NCBI GenBank assembly: GCA_963793425.1
Contig: CAWCAG010000005.1
Span: 1,760,001 to 1,824,000 of the forward strand
Direction: 5' to 3'
Origin: an uncultured cyanobacterium
GTDB taxonomy: Bacteria; Cyanobacteriota; Cyanobacteriia; Cyanobacteriales; CAWCAG01
DNA length: 64,000 nucleotides
Positions 42,993 to 53,973 of the stretch are shown here, one piece after another (the first letter of the stretch is position 1; the number at the start of each line of letters is the position of its first letter). A program made the position numbers and the translations under genes. A model generated the notes under the pieces. The model was not told the origin of the DNA and ran no database searches. It was given only the letters and a program-made list of their open reading frames with translations.

Positions 42993-43538
42993 TTAATTGT
43001 TCCGGAAAGGCATACCCATTTCTTTGAGTAAAGCTCTACCTTCCTCATCAGTATTGGCTGTGGTCACGATGGAAATATCCATGCCACGAATTTGGTCGAT
43101 GCTATCGTAGTCAATTTCTGGAAAAATCAGTTGCTCTCTAATGCCAAGACTATAGTTGCCTTTACCATCAAAGCTTTTTGGGCTAACACCACGAAAATCT
43201 CTAATTCTGGGTAATGACAAACTAATTAAGCGGTCAAGGAAAGCGTACATTCGTTCTTGGCGTAAAGTGACCATGACCCCAACAGGCATCCCTTCACGAA
43301 TTTTAAAACCAGCGATCGCTTTTTTCGCTCTAGTAACTACAGGTTTCTGCCCTGTAATTGTTGCTAACTCCCGAAGAGATGACTCCATGGCTTTAGTGTT
43401 TTGAGATGCTTCTCCTAAACCCCGATTAATAGTTATTTTTTGGACTTTAGGTACTTGATGGATATTAGTATACCCAAACTGTTCTTTTAGTTTAGGAACA
43501 ATTTTTTCTTGATAAATAGTCTTTAGTCTTTGTGTCAT
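42993..43538 (-). CDS. rplE: 50S ribosomal protein L5
   Basis: ITGQKP...LPRIRDFRG. Confidence 0.98.
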   Translation of the reverse strand: MTQRLKTIYQEKIVPKLKEQFGYTNIHQVPKVQKITINRGLGEASQNTKAMESSLRELATITGQKPVVTRAKKAIAGFKIREGMPVGVMVTLRQERMYAFLDRLISLSLPRIRDFRGVSPKSFDGKGNYSLGIREQLIFPEIDYDSIDQIRGMDISIVTTANTDEEGRALLKEMGMPFRNN

Positions 43539-43604
43539 GGTTTTTGAATTGTAAATTTCCCTGGGCTTGGTCAGGGAATGTTTTTAACAGCGATAGAGAC
43601 TGAA

Positions 43605-43952
43605 TTAATCAATAATCTCCCCTGTTTTTTTCAGCATCCTGACTTTACGACCATCTTCTGTAAAGGTGTAGGAAGTTCGACTAGCTACTTTTTCTTTGTT
43701 GGAATACAACATGACGTTAGAGCTATGAATCGGCGTTTCTTCAGTGACGATTTGACCTGATTCGCCTTCCTGTTGCGGCTTAACGTGCTTGGTTCTGATG
43801 TTAACCCCTTCAATTACAACTTTGCTTAACTTAGGAAAAACTTTGGTTATGTCTCCAACTTTTCCTTTGTCTCTACCAGAGATGACTTGTACTGTATCTC
43901 CTTTTTTTACGTGCATTTTGTAGCGCATTGGGCTACCTTTTGTTTGAGCCAT
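43605..43952 (-). CDS. rplX: 50S ribosomal protein L24
   Basis: [16 protein letters not shown] (KOW motif). Confidence 0.97.
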   Translation of the reverse strand: MAQTKGSPMRYKMHVKKGDTVQVISGRDKGKVGDITKVFPKLSKVVIEGVNIRTKHVKPQQEGESGQIVTEETPIHSSNVMLYSNKEKVASRTSYTFTEDGRKVRMLKKTGEIID

Positions 43953-44320
43953 CAGATGACCTCCGGAGCAAGAGAAACAATTTTAGTAAAGTTTTTTTCC
44001 CTTAATTCCCTAGCGACAGGACCAAAAACTCTTGTTCCCCTAGGATTATTATCAGGATTGATAATCACAGCAGCATTATCATCAAAACGGATACTCATAC
44101 CGCTTTCTCTACGGATGCTGTGACGGGTACGAACAATGACGGCTCGTACTACATCGGATTTCTTGACTGCCATGTTGGGAATAGCGTCTTTAACCACAGC
44201 GATAATAACATCGCCAATGCCGCCGTAGCGACGGTTTCCAGACCCCAGAACCCGCAGGCACATTAGTTGACGAGCGCCACTGTTGTCGGCAACATTAAGG
44301 TAAGATTGCTGTTGAATCAC
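43952..44320 (-). CDS. rplN: 50S ribosomal protein L14
   Basis: VADNSGA...[12 protein letters not shown]. Confidence 0.98.
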   Translation of the reverse strand: MIQQQSYLNVADNSGARQLMCLRVLGSGNRRYGGIGDVIIAVVKDAIPNMAVKKSDVVRAVIVRTRHSIRRESGMSIRFDDNAAVIINPDNNPRGTRVFGPVARELREKNFTKIVSLAPEVI

Positions 44321-44348
44321 GGTTGTTAGTAGTTACTGATTTAAGTAT

Positions 44349-44597
44349 TTACTTGCTGCTTTCGTTGAGAACGTCAGTCACTCTCCAGCGCTTAGTCCGA
44401 CTAAGGGGACGAGTTTCTCTTATACGAACTCTGTCTCCTGATTTGCATTTGTTTTCTTCGTCGTGAACTTTGTATCGCTTAGTACGAACAACGATTTTTC
44501 CGTACTTAGGATGAGGAGAACGGTTTTCTATAGCCACAACAATGGTTTTATCCATTTTGTCGCTAACGACTAATCCGACTCTTTCTTTAACTGCCAT
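44349..44597 (-). CDS. rpsQ: 30S ribosomal protein S17
   Basis: VVSDKMDKT...ETRPLSRTK. Confidence 0.98.
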   Translation of the reverse strand: MAVKERVGLVVSDKMDKTIVVAIENRSPHPKYGKIVVRTKRYKVHDEENKCKSGDRVRIRETRPLSRTKRWRVTDVLNESSK

Positions 44598-44603
44598 TAA
44601 GTT

Positions 44604-44846
44604 TTACTCCTCTTGTTCTTCAGCAACGGGGGAATCATTAGTAGAAGCTTGCAGTTGGCGCTCCCTTTCTACAGTTAATAATTGGGCTAAACGATGTCGA
44701 GCGTGCTTAGGCTCGTGAGTTGTTTCAGTCTGGCGGGTGACTTTTTGTAGCCTTAGTTCAAACAATTTCTTTTTGACAGTGATGATTTCAGCAGCGATTT
44801 CTTCGTCGCTCAAACTTCTCACTTCTGCTATTTTCGGAAAAGCCAT
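44604..44846 (-). CDS. rpmC: 50S ribosomal protein L29
   Basis: LFELRLQ...RHRLAQLLT; operon position. Confidence 0.95.
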   Translation of the reverse strand: MAFPKIAEVRSLSDEEIAAEIITVKKKLFELRLQKVTRQTETTHEPKHARHRLAQLLTVERERQLQASTNDSPVAEEQEE

Positions 44847-44849
44847 GAT

Positions 44850-45269
44850 TTAGAGTTGATCCTCAGAGCGGGTGACAAATTTGGTCTTCAAGGGTAGTTT
44901 TTGAGCCGCAAGGCGCATTGCTTCCCTAGCAATTTCTTCGGATACCCCCGCCATTTCAAACATGATGCGTCCTGGTTTGACTACAGCTACCCAGTATTCA
45001 GGGGAGCCTTTACCAGAACCCATTCTTGTTTCAGCCGGACGCATGGTGACAGGTTTATCAGGAAAAATACGAATCCAGATTTTACCGCCACGACGGACAT
45101 AGCGGGTCATAGCTCGACGAGCAGCTTCAATTTGCCGTGATGTGACCCAGCTAGGTTCAATTGCTTGGAGAGCAAAATCTCCAAAGTCAACTCTATTGCC
45201 CCGATGGGCTAGCCCTCTCATGCGGCCACGATGTTGTTTACGAAATTTGGTTCTTTTTGGACTTAGCAT
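44850..45269 (-). CDS. rplP: 50S ribosomal protein L16
   Basis: RQIEAARR...RMGSGKG. Confidence 0.98.
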   Translation of the reverse strand: MLSPKRTKFRKQHRGRMRGLAHRGNRVDFGDFALQAIEPSWVTSRQIEAARRAMTRYVRRGGKIWIRIFPDKPVTMRPAETRMGSGKGSPEYWVAVVKPGRIMFEMAGVSEEIAREAMRLAAQKLPLKTKFVTRSEDQL

Positions 45270-45287
45270 AGTTAGTTTTTGGCCCCT

Positions 45288-46007
45288 TTATTCAGATCGG
45301 TCTTCAAACTGCTGGCGGCGAAGCTGACGGCGCGGAGTTTGGGAGGGGGTAGGAGTTGATTGTTCTTCTTGTCCAGGAATAATCTCTCCTTTAAAGACCC
45401 AAACTTTGACCCCTAAAATGCCGTAGATAGTTTTGGCAGTGCGGTAGGAATAATCAATGTCAGCCCGAAGGGTATGTAAGGGTACTCGACCTTCACGAGT
45501 CCACTCAGTACGAGCAATTTCTGCTCCATTAAGTCGGCCACTCACCTGAATTTTGATACCTTGGACATCTGCTCTTTGCGCTCTTTGAATGGCTTGGCGT
45601 ACTACTCTGCGAAAGGAAACTCGCCTTTCTAGTTGCTGAGCAATATTTTCGGCAATTAGAGTAGCATCAGCATCAACTCTAGTTACTTCGACAACATTGA
45701 TACGAATCTGACGATTACTACCCAAGGCATCCTGAAGACCCATCCTCAAGGATTCGATGCCACTACCACCGCGGCCAACGACAACACCAGGTCTAGCTGT
45801 ATGAACTTCTAAGTCAATTTGATCAGCTTTACGTTCAATACGGATGTCGGAAATCCCAGCATTGTTGAGGTTTTTATCAATATACTGGCGAATTTTATGG
45901 TCTTCTTGCAGTAATTCTGGATAGCGCTTTGTGTCAGCATACCAGCGAGAAGAGTGTTCTTTGGTTACGCCTAAACGAAAACCAATTGGATGAATTTTTT
46001 GTCCCAC
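45288..46007 (-). CDS. rpsC: 30S ribosomal protein S3
   Basis: [12 protein letters not shown]...[13 protein letters not shown]. Confidence 0.98.
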   Translation of the reverse strand: MGQKIHPIGFRLGVTKEHSSRWYADTKRYPELLQEDHKIRQYIDKNLNNAGISDIRIERKADQIDLEVHTARPGVVVGRGGSGIESLRMGLQDALGSNRQIRINVVEVTRVDADATLIAENIAQQLERRVSFRRVVRQAIQRAQRADVQGIKIQVSGRLNGAEIARTEWTREGRVPLHTLRADIDYSYRTAKTIYGILGVKVWVFKGEIIPGQEEQSTPTPSQTPRRQLRRQQFEDRSE

Positions 46008-46044
46008 AAACTTTTCCTTTACTACTATTAGTCAAATCTCGGAG

Positions 46045-46404
46045 CTATTTCTCCATCTCCGGAGCCACAGCAATGGTGATGTGACAAGTTGGTTTGCGGA
46101 TTTGATAAGCTCTACCTTGGGCCTTTGCACTAAAGCGCTTCAAAGTCGGTCCTTTGTCGGCATAGGCTTGGCTAATAATTAGAGAAGCTCTGTCTAATCC
46201 TGCATTATGCTCGGCGTTAGCACCAGCAGAACGCAGTGCTTTAAGCACTGGGCCACAAGCGCGATAGGGCATAAACTCCAATAAAATTAATGCTTCTCTA
46301 TAAGTACGACCGCGAATTTGGTCTAAGACCCGTCTAACTTTACGGGGAGACATCCGGATATAACGAGCGATCGCTTTTACTTCTTCTGTATTATCTACCA
46401 CCAT
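46045..46404 (-). CDS. rplV: 50S ribosomal protein L22
   Basis: [10 protein letters not shown]...ANAEHN. Confidence 0.98.
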   Translation of the reverse strand: MVVDNTEEVKAIARYIRMSPRKVRRVLDQIRGRTYREALILLEFMPYRACGPVLKALRSAGANAEHNAGLDRASLIISQAYADKGPTLKRFSAKAQGRAYQIRKPTCHITIAVAPEMEK

Positions 46405-46471
46405 AGTTTTCTCCTCTTAAAGCCATCATTAATACTTAATTTATTTACTAGTTGACGGCTAGGTGAGCTTT

Positions 46472-46753
46472 TTATCGACGACCAGCTTTTTTGTCACCTT
46501 TGGAATGACCCCGAAAGGTTCTTGTCGGGGCGAATTCCCCTAGTTTATGACCAACCATTTGTTCATTGATAAAAATCGGAACGTGTTGGCGGCCATTATG
46601 GACAGCAATAGTATGACCCACCATTTGAGGCAAGATTGTTGAAGCCCTCGACCAGGTTTTGATCACCTTTTTCTCGTCCTTGGCATTGAGTTTTTCAATT
46701 TTGCTTAGTAAGCTATCAGCAACAAATGGCCCTTTTTTTAAAGAACGACCCAT
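46472..46753 (-). CDS. rpsS: 30S ribosomal protein S19
   Basis: RSLKKGPFV...[11 protein letters not shown]. Confidence 0.98.
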   Translation of the reverse strand: MGRSLKKGPFVADSLLSKIEKLNAKDEKKVIKTWSRASTILPQMVGHTIAVHNGRQHVPIFINEQMVGHKLGEFAPTRTFRGHSKGDKKAGRR

Positions 46754-46794
46754 AGTTTATTTCAGATGTAAAGTTGTTTTAGTCAAAATTTCGT

Positions 46795-47643
46795 TTAGTC
46801 TTTTTTACCTTTACCAGAACGACGACGGCGTACAATCAGGGAGTCGCTGCGCTTTTTCTTTTTACGAGTTTTAGCTCCCAAGGTTGGTTTACCCCAAGGG
46901 GTTACTGGGCCGCTTCTACCGATAGGAGCGCGACCCTCACCACCGCCGTGGGGATGGTCTACAGGGTTCATGGCGCTACCTCGTACTTTTGGTCTACGAC
47001 CTAGACGGCGAGAACGACCAGCTTTGCCTAAGCTGAGGTTACGGGCTTCTGCGTTACCGACTTGACCGATGGTAGCGTAGCATTCTTTGCGTACCATGCG
47101 TACTTCTTTGGAAGGTAGTTTGATGGTGACATAGTTACCTTCTTTGGCGACAACCTGGGCCGCAGCACCAGCAGAGCGGACGATCTGTCCCCCTTTGCCT
47201 GGTTTCATTTCAATATTGTGAACCGTTGTACCTAAAGGTATTTTGGCTAGGGGTAAGGCATTACCAATTTCATAGGGAGCATCGCTACTAGAAATTACGG
47301 TAGTACCGACGGTTAATCCGGCTGGGCATAATATGTAACGCTTTTCACCATCTTCATAGTGCAACAAGGCTATTCTGGCGTTGCGGTTAGGATCGTATTC
47401 TATTGCCAGCACTTCTGCGGGCATATTGCGCTTGTCGCGGCGAAAGTCGATTTGGCGATAGAGGCGCTTATGACCACCACCACGACGGCGACTAGTAATG
47501 ACACCACGATTGTTACGACCTTTGGCGCAGTGTTTGAATTTTGTTAGGGATTTTTCCGGCTTACTTTTGGTAATTTCAGCAAAGTCTGAAACCGTCGCTT
47601 GACGAGTACCAGGAGTATAGGGCCGATAAGAACGGATAGCCAT
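46795..47643 (-). CDS. rplB: 50S ribosomal protein L2
   Basis: [21 protein letters not shown]. Confidence 0.98.
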   Translation of the reverse strand: MAIRSYRPYTPGTRQATVSDFAEITKSKPEKSLTKFKHCAKGRNNRGVITSRRRGGGHKRLYRQIDFRRDKRNMPAEVLAIEYDPNRNARIALLHYEDGEKRYILCPAGLTVGTTVISSSDAPYEIGNALPLAKIPLGTTVHNIEMKPGKGGQIVRSAGAAAQVVAKEGNYVTIKLPSKEVRMVRKECYATIGQVGNAEARNLSLGKAGRSRRLGRRPKVRGSAMNPVDHPHGGGEGRAPIGRSGPVTPWGKPTLGAKTRKKKKRSDSLIVRRRRSGKGKKD

Positions 47644-47669
47644 AACTTAAAGGAATAAAAGATACAAGT

Positions 47670-47972
47670 TTACACTTCTGGGAATAAGGTTATGGAGTCG
47701 CTTTCTGCTAAAGTGACAATCGCTCTTTTATATTGAGGTTTGTAACCGATATATTTACCAACGCGGCGTTTCCTTCGGGGAGGACGACTGGTGTTGACTT
47801 TAGTTACTTTGACCTCAAATAGGCTTTCAATGGCAGCTTTAATTTTCGGTTTGTCAGCTTTAAGAGCGACATCAAAGACGTATTGATTATTTTCTAAGAG
47901 TAAGGTTGCCTTTTCTGTGACAATGGGCCTGATAATCAGATCCGGCAAGTCACGGGGATTGTAATTAGTCAT
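47670..47972 (-). CDS. rplW: 50S ribosomal protein L23
   Basis: PIVTEKA...KRAIVTL. Confidence 0.97.
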   Translation of the reverse strand: MTNYNPRDLPDLIIRPIVTEKATLLLENNQYVFDVALKADKPKIKAAIESLFEVKVTKVNTSRPPRRKRRVGKYIGYKPQYKRAIVTLAESDSITLFPEV

Positions 47973-48597
47973 TATAAATCTCCTGAATTTTTGCCAAACC
48001 TTCAGCCGTGGTGACGATTTTATCAGCTACTAATAAGTCGTAGACGTTGAGGTTGTTGGTGCGAATTAGCTTCAGGTTAGCTATATTTCGCGCTGAGAGG
48101 TTTACGTTTTCCGCTACTTCTGGCAAAATGAGCAAGGCTTTCTGACGAGGTTCTATACCCCAACGAGATAAGGCTCTGACCATTTCTTGAGTTTTGGGTT
48201 TGGGAAGTTGTTCAGCAAAGTCGGCTACTACTAATAAGTCTTCAGCACGACTAGCAAAGGCTGTTCTTAGGGCTAAACGCCGCTCTTTGCGGTTCATTTT
48301 GAGGTTGAAGGTTCTTGGTTTAGGACCAAAGATTACCCCACCACCTTTCCATAAAGGAGAGCGAATAGAACCAGCACGGGCGCGACCCGTACCTTTCTGC
48401 CGCCAGGGTTTGCGGCCACCACCTCTAACTTCTGCTCTGGTTTTAGTAGAAGCAGTGCCTTGACGAGCGTTAGTCATTTGTCGTACTAAAGCTCGGTGAA
48501 CAATATGAGCGGCATTTTCTTCTTTAGCAACTTTTAGCTCTAAAGTTGCTTCGGAGATTTCTTCTCCTTCCCAGTTTTTGACTACACATTTAACCAT
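47965..48597 (-). CDS. rplD: 50S ribosomal protein L4
   Basis: [19 protein letters not shown]. Confidence 0.98.
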   Translation of the reverse strand: MVKCVVKNWEGEEISEATLELKVAKEENAAHIVHRALVRQMTNARQGTASTKTRAEVRGGGRKPWRQKGTGRARAGSIRSPLWKGGGVIFGPKPRTFNLKMNRKERRLALRTAFASRAEDLLVVADFAEQLPKPKTQEMVRALSRWGIEPRQKALLILPEVAENVNLSARNIANLKLIRTNNLNVYDLLVADKIVTTAEGLAKIQEIYND

Positions 48598-48630
48598 TTG
48601 TTTCTTTGATTGTCATTTGCCAGAGATGAT

Positions 48631-49275
48631 TTAGTTACTTTGCTTGACCCATTTAGCTGGGGTAATGCTTAATAAACCACCTGGTTTGCCTGGGACTGCT
48701 CCTTTGACTAAGAGGAGGTTCCTTTCTGGATCTACGCTCACTACTGTGAGTTTGCGTACGGTTACTTTTTCTGCTCCCATACGCCCTGCCATCTTTTTGC
48801 CAGGAAAGATTCTACCTGGAGTTGTTCCCGGTCCTGTTGAACCAGGAAGGCGATGGTTTTTAGAACCGTGAGACATAGGACCACGTTTGAAGTTATGCCG
48901 TTTTTGATATCCAGCGAAACCTTTTCCTGTACTAGTACCGCTGATATCAACCATTTGTCCAGGATTGAAGATATCGGCTTTGATGGTTTGACCGAGTTCG
49001 TACTGGTTGGGATCATCTAAGCGATATTCTTTTAGATGGCGTAACAAAGGAGCATTAGCCTTTTTGAGATGGCCTTGCTCTGGCTTGTTAATTGCCTTGG
49101 GTTTGGCTTCTTTGTAACCAACTTGAATGGCGTTGTAGCCATCTGTTTCTTTCGTTTTGATTTGAGTTACTGTGCAAGAACCAGCTTCGATGACGGTTAC
49201 AGGAATAGCTACCCCTGTTTCCCGATCAAAGATTTGGGTCATACCTAGTTTGGTGCCAAGAATGCCTGAAAACAT
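48631..49275 (-). CDS. rplC: 50S ribosomal protein L3
   Basis: KLGMTQIF...GKGFAG...GKKMAG. Confidence 0.98.
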   Translation of the reverse strand: MFSGILGTKLGMTQIFDRETGVAIPVTVIEAGSCTVTQIKTKETDGYNAIQVGYKEAKPKAINKPEQGHLKKANAPLLRHLKEYRLDDPNQYELGQTIKADIFNPGQMVDISGTSTGKGFAGYQKRHNFKRGPMSHGSKNHRLPGSTGPGTTPGRIFPGKKMAGRMGAEKVTVRKLTVVSVDPERNLLLVKGAVPGKPGGLLSITPAKWVKQSN

Positions 49276-49558
49276 AGCGGCAATCCCTCTCCTTTTTAGA
49301 CAACACTTTAGCTAGCGAGAAGATTAAAGTGATTTTAATCTTCTGCCAACAGGCAACTTCTCCGAAAAGGAGAGCGCGAACCTTTAGTTTGTTACTGCAA
49401 TGTCCTTTTAAGTCCAAGTACGCTAGTTTAAGCTTCAGTCAAAAATACTTGGCTTTAACTTTCGCCTGTTACCGTTAAGACTTAAAAATTCAAAGAACTT
49501 CAGTATCTTAACGAGGCACGTTTGCAAGTAAAGGTTTGAACTTTAGTCACAATCGTCT

Positions 49559-49587
49559 ATTGTATCGAGTTTGGTTAATTTAGTCAA
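49559..49587 (-). promoter_or_regulatory. Sigma70-type promoter of the rplC operon
   Basis: Minus strand TTGACT-17 nt-TACAAT. Confidence 0.7.
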
Positions 49588-49773
49588 TAAAAAAAATAAT
49601 TTGGCTTCAATTAACTGAAAAGGGGAAATCTCCGATTTATCAGTGACAAATGACCCCCAAAATATTATGCCCTGGTATCTTACAAATTATGAATCAAAAT
49701 TTTCTGTTTGATTCTGGCTTGACGGTCAAACTATAATTACAACTTAGGGAATTTTAACAAAAACTAAAACGCA

Positions 49774-50250
49774 ATGGCACTGATTACAAGCGGTAAATCC
49801 TTTATCCGGGACTTAGATAAGTCTGGAGCTTTAGGAGTTTATATGCCCCTGGAAGGGGGGTTTGAAGGACGCTATCAAAGGCGTTTGCGGGCAAATGGCT
49901 ACTCAAGCTTGCATATTACAGCCAGGGGTTTGGGAGATTTGGCTGCTTATTTGACCCGAATACATGGAGTACGCCCCCCTCATTTAGGTAAAAAGGATAT
50001 TGGTCAAGGTGCGGCTGTTGGACCAGTTTATTACATACCACCAATAGTTAATTATCAATTGGAAAACTTGCCTCCTAAAGCTAAGGGTTTGGTGATTTGG
50101 ATTTTGGAAGGACAAGTTCTTTCTCGCCAAGAAAGAGAATACTTAGTTAATTTGCCTAAGCTTGAACCAAAGGTGAAAGTGATTTTAGAATTGGGAGGCG
50201 ATCGCAAGTTTAGTTGGGTTTCGTTAGACCAAACTTTGGTTTCGGTTTAG
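49774..50250 (+). CDS. ndhN: NDH-1 subunit N
   Basis: PLEGGFEGRYQRRLR...HGVRPPHLGK; divergent from rplC as in other cyanobacteria. Confidence 0.95.
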   Translation: MALITSGKSFIRDLDKSGALGVYMPLEGGFEGRYQRRLRANGYSSLHITARGLGDLAAYLTRIHGVRPPHLGKKDIGQGAAVGPVYYIPPIVNYQLENLPPKAKGLVIWILEGQVLSRQEREYLVNLPKLEPKVKVILELGGDRKFSWVSLDQTLVSV

Positions 50251-50303
50251 TAGTTGTTAAATTGAAGTTAGAGAAAAAAATCCAGCTAGGTTAAGGGGAC
50301 TCC

Positions 50304-50909
50304 ATGCTAGAAGACCGTGACTATACCCTAATTATTGACAAAAGTGGCAGTATGTCGATTAAAGACCAGTGGGGAGGCAAGAGCCGTTGGCAGGTGATGC
50401 AGGAGTCTACCTTAGCTTTAGCTAGTAAGTGTGAAGACTTAGATCCTGATGGGATTACAGTTTATACTTTTTCTGGGCGGTTTAAGCGCTACGATAATGT
50501 TACCGCCGCTAAGGTGTCACAGATATTTACTGAAAATGAGCCTTCTGGCCGGACTAACTTGACCGGGGTTTTGCAAGATGCTTTAGGAAGTTATTTTCAA
50601 AATAAAGCATCTGGTCAATCAAAGTCCAACGGAGAGACGATTTTAGTGGTGACAGATGGTGAGCCAGATGACCGTAAGGCAGTGATGCGGACGATTGTAG
50701 AAGCATCGCGACGTATTGATCGAGATGAAGAGTTGGCTATTTCTTTTGTCCAGGTTGGCAATGATACAGAAGCAACAAGATTTTTAAAGATTTTAGATGA
50801 TGAGTTACAAAGTGCTGGGGCTAAGTTCGATATTGTCGATACTATTACTATAGATGATATGGAAGATATTACTTTGACAGAGGTTTTGTTGAATGCAATT
50901 ACTGATTAA
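50304..50909 (+). CDS. vWA domain protein
   Basis: MIDAS DKSGS, T and TDG motifs. Confidence 0.92.
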   Translation: MLEDRDYTLIIDKSGSMSIKDQWGGKSRWQVMQESTLALASKCEDLDPDGITVYTFSGRFKRYDNVTAAKVSQIFTENEPSGRTNLTGVLQDALGSYFQNKASGQSKSNGETILVVTDGEPDDRKAVMRTIVEASRRIDRDEELAISFVQVGNDTEATRFLKILDDELQSAGAKFDIVDTITIDDMEDITLTEVLLNAITD

Positions 50910-50959
50910 ATTTGCTAATTGCTAATTGCTAATTGCTAGTTGTTAATAGGTGATATGCA

Positions 50960-51523
50960 ATGGAAGAGCTTTTCTCTGAGATCAAGAAGGAGTATGAGGA
51001 AAAAGATAAACAGAAGAAGTTGTCTTCAGAATCTGTTGAAGATAAGCATAAATCAAGTTCTGATCAGTCTTTGGCTAAAGTTAACGAGAAGGAGAAAAAC
51101 AAAGAGAGGTCTTCTTATTTAGATGGGCTTCTAGCTGAGGTTAAGTCTGAATTTGAAGGCGAAAAAGAGAGTTTTACAAAGAATCATGGTTCTAAATTCG
51201 ATAACTTATTATCTCAGGTAGATCAGGGCAGTTTTTCACCGCGTACTCCTTCTTATTCTGTCCCTAAGCAAATGAGATTTAGGGCAAAAAATGATGTTTT
51301 GGCAGAGATAAAAGAGGAAATTAAAGAACAAGAACAAGAAGAGAAAGTTCGTCAAGAAGATTTACGACAGCAACAATTACAAGAAAGAGAAAATGAAGCT
51401 AAGGTCTGGCTGGAACAATTAGATGTTAATTCAGAAGAAGGACTTTGGTTTGAAGAATTTGCTTACGCTTATCCTTCTAATTTAGCGGCAGCTATTGATT
51501 ATTTAGCTGCTCTACAAAAATAA
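50960..51523 (+). CDS. Charged cyanobacterial protein, Slr1339-like
   Basis: C-terminal WL..LD..SEEGLWFEEFA..YPS.LAAAIDYL motif. Confidence 0.75.
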   Translation: MEELFSEIKKEYEEKDKQKKLSSESVEDKHKSSSDQSLAKVNEKEKNKERSSYLDGLLAEVKSEFEGEKESFTKNHGSKFDNLLSQVDQGSFSPRTPSYSVPKQMRFRAKNDVLAEIKEEIKEQEQEEKVRQEDLRQQQLQERENEAKVWLEQLDVNSEEGLWFEEFAYAYPSNLAAAIDYLAALQK

Positions 51524-51630
51524 AAATGTACTCATGGATTTAGTCAACTTTAGCCTAACCCTGCTCCCTGCTCCCTACTCCCTACTCCCTCCCCTCACAA
51601 ATAACCTGTGCTATTAAACAGGGTCTAGTA

Positions 51631-52566
51631 TTATATTGACTTTGACCACTTTTTTTTAAAGTTGTTTATTTCTTTATCAGTGTAGAAAAATTTTACAAAT
51701 CTAGAATCATATATATTATCTAGATATTCTACAGGAAAATTTATTTTATTTCTAAAGGTTTGATAAAGTTCATAGTATCTTTTTGAATTTGACATATTAG
51801 CATTCACTATGGTCACTTCATCTATTTGGAGAAAATCTTTTAGGCAAGGTTGGAGGTAGGGAGAAAATGCTTCTAGTTTGATAATTAACAAGTCTATATT
51901 CTTATTGATATTTTTTTGAATCAGATAACCTTGAGATTTAGGAAAATCTATGGAGAAGATATCAATACCAAGGACAGAATTAAATTCCTGATCAAACCAG
52001 TTTAAGGCTCTATATCTTCTTTCTTGAGCTTCAGGATGTTCCCAATATAATTTGATGAGATTGTCTACATTAATCTCTTTCGTCTCTATCATTTGATAGA
52101 CATTAGGTAAGAAGTTACTTATATTCTGAAAGAAGCTAGAAATACCGCGCCCAATAGGATCTCGAACGGAAGTTATCATTTTAATTTTGTCTTTCTGAGC
52201 GACAAGATGAGCAATATTTTCGCAGAAATACTGATCAATAATTAAATAATTGGGAGCTAGCAAGCTTTTATAGCTTTTTTGATTTTGCCATCTTTGTAAA
52301 TTCGTATCAGGATTGAGAAAATGAATTTTGTAAATAGGCTGTGAAATATTCGAGGCTTCTAAGGTTCTCACAATAGTTGACGAACCTACTTTTCCCATCT
52401 GGTAAACTAAGACAATTTCTGAGCTACTGTCTAAAGTATTCTGTATTTGCTGATAAGTAGTTTTACTTTTGAAGAAGTTGCCTATATAAGACAGTGAAGA
52501 ACGAACAATTGCTTGGTTTTTGACCTTACTTATCGATTGTTGGAACATTTTCTCAGCAGAGTTCAC
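51631..52566 (-). CDS. Sulfotransferase-like putative capsular polysaccharide synthesis protein
   Basis: VYQMGKVGSST and VRDPI.R.IS.FFQN PAPS-binding-like motifs; AT-rich. Confidence 0.8.
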   Translation of the reverse strand: MNSAEKMFQQSISKVKNQAIVRSSLSYIGNFFKSKTTYQQIQNTLDSSSEIVLVYQMGKVGSSTIVRTLEASNISQPIYKIHFLNPDTNLQRWQNQKSYKSLLAPNYLIIDQYFCENIAHLVAQKDKIKMITSVRDPIGRGISSFFQNISNFLPNVYQMIETKEINVDNLIKLYWEHPEAQERRYRALNWFDQEFNSVLGIDIFSIDFPKSQGYLIQKNINKNIDLLIIKLEAFSPYLQPCLKDFLQIDEVTIVNANMSNSKRYYELYQTFRNKINFPVEYLDNIYDSRFVKFFYTDKEINNFKKKWSKSI

Positions 52567-52821
52567 TACAAAAACACCTCGATTTTACTGGTTTTTGATA
52601 AATTTTAGTTTATGCTATTTGCTTCCTTTTTATGCAACTGAACATGGTTATCCAAAAATTCCCGAACTTCCCACGATCCACAAGTGAAGTGACTTGCGAC
52701 TCTTAAGTTGAAAAGAGATTAAGTTTGTTTCATAGATTAATTTTGTTCTAATTATCTATTTTGTTACAAATATTAAGAAAAACTTAGATGGAAATACACT
52801 TCCTACAGTCGTGACTTAATC

Positions 52822-52971
52822 TTAAGGGGGGCAAGAATGGAAAAAGCGAATCTATTTAAAGCTCAGTTGAAGGGTTGCAACCTTTTTTGGAGCAAAGATG
52901 TCGCTCTTAAACACGCTTATTTGGATAACTATACTATTCATCCTGACGGCTACCGACTCATTGATAATTGA
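52822..52971 (+). pseudogene. Pentapeptide-repeat gene remnant
   Basis: LRGARMEKANLFKAQLKGCNL...TIHPDG. Confidence 0.5.
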
Positions 52972-52988
52972 TAATTAATAATAAAATT

Positions 52989-53927
52989 GTGTTTTTTAGT
53001 ATTGTTATTCCGACTTACAATCGTTTGCCCATTCTCCAAAAATGTTTATTGGCACTGGAAAGGCAGAATTTAAACCTTGATAGTGTGGTGGGAGGTTATG
53101 AAGTTGTGGTGGTAGATGATGGTTCTACTGATGGTAGTTGGGAATGGTTAGAAGATAATGCAGAGATTATTCCCCATGTAAAAATTGTAGCTCAAGATCA
53201 TCAAGGACCAGCCGCAGCTAGAAATTTGGGAGTTAAGGAAGCTAAAGGCGAGATAATTGTTTTTATTGATAGTGATTTAGTTGTTACAGAACAGTTTTTG
53301 CAGGCACATGGAGATGCTTTGAAAGCAGGAGAGAAAGAGTTAGGTTGCGATCGCCTCTTTACTTATGGAGCGGTGATTAATACTGCTAATTTTACTAATC
53401 CCACTTCCGAACCCTATAAAATAACGGATTTTTCTGCTGCTTATTTTGCTACAGGTAATGTTGCAATCCCCCGTCATTGGTTAGAAGAAGCGGGACTTTT
53501 TGATACTCGCTTTCAACTTTATGGTTGGGAAGATTTGGAGTTAGGAGTTAGGTTGAAGAAGTTAGGTTTAAAATTAATTAAATGTCCTGAAGCTGTAGGT
53601 TATCATTGGCATCCTGCTTTTAATCTTAAGCAACTTCCTGGTTTAATTGATAGGGAGATTCAGCGGGGAAGAATGGGGGTTTTGTTTTATGAAAAGCATC
53701 CTACTTGGGAAGTGAAGATGATGATCCAAATGACTTGGTTACATCGTCTTTTGTGGGGGATTTTATCTTTACGGGGAGCTTTAAATGAAAGAACAATGGC
53801 TCCTTTTTTACAATGGTTAATTAATCGTGGCAAGCCTCAGTTAGCTTTAGAAGTAGCGCGCATTTTCCTTAATTGGTATAACGTACAGGGAGTTTACACA
53901 GCTTATGCAGAGAGCTTACGTCAGTGA
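52989..53927 (+). CDS. Family 2 glycosyltransferase
   Basis: SIVIPTYNR, VDDGSTD, FIDSD and GWEDLE motifs; GTG start at 52989 preferred. Confidence 0.93.
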   Translation: MFFSIVIPTYNRLPILQKCLLALERQNLNLDSVVGGYEVVVVDDGSTDGSWEWLEDNAEIIPHVKIVAQDHQGPAAARNLGVKEAKGEIIVFIDSDLVVTEQFLQAHGDALKAGEKELGCDRLFTYGAVINTANFTNPTSEPYKITDFSAAYFATGNVAIPRHWLEEAGLFDTRFQLYGWEDLELGVRLKKLGLKLIKCPEAVGYHWHPAFNLKQLPGLIDREIQRGRMGVLFYEKHPTWEVKMMIQMTWLHRLLWGILSLRGALNERTMAPFLQWLINRGKPQLALEVARIFLNWYNVQGVYTAYAESLRQ

Positions 53928-53973
53928 TAAGAAGATGGGGGGACTAATATGTATTTTAATCAACACTCAGCTA

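Noticed and set aside
36902..49016. Plus-strand and alternative-frame ORFs overlapping ribosomal protein genes
   Set aside because: Shadows of conserved genes
35369..49275. Absence of rpsJ, rpsN, rpmD and rpsD from the operon
   Set aside because: Normal cyanobacterial organisation
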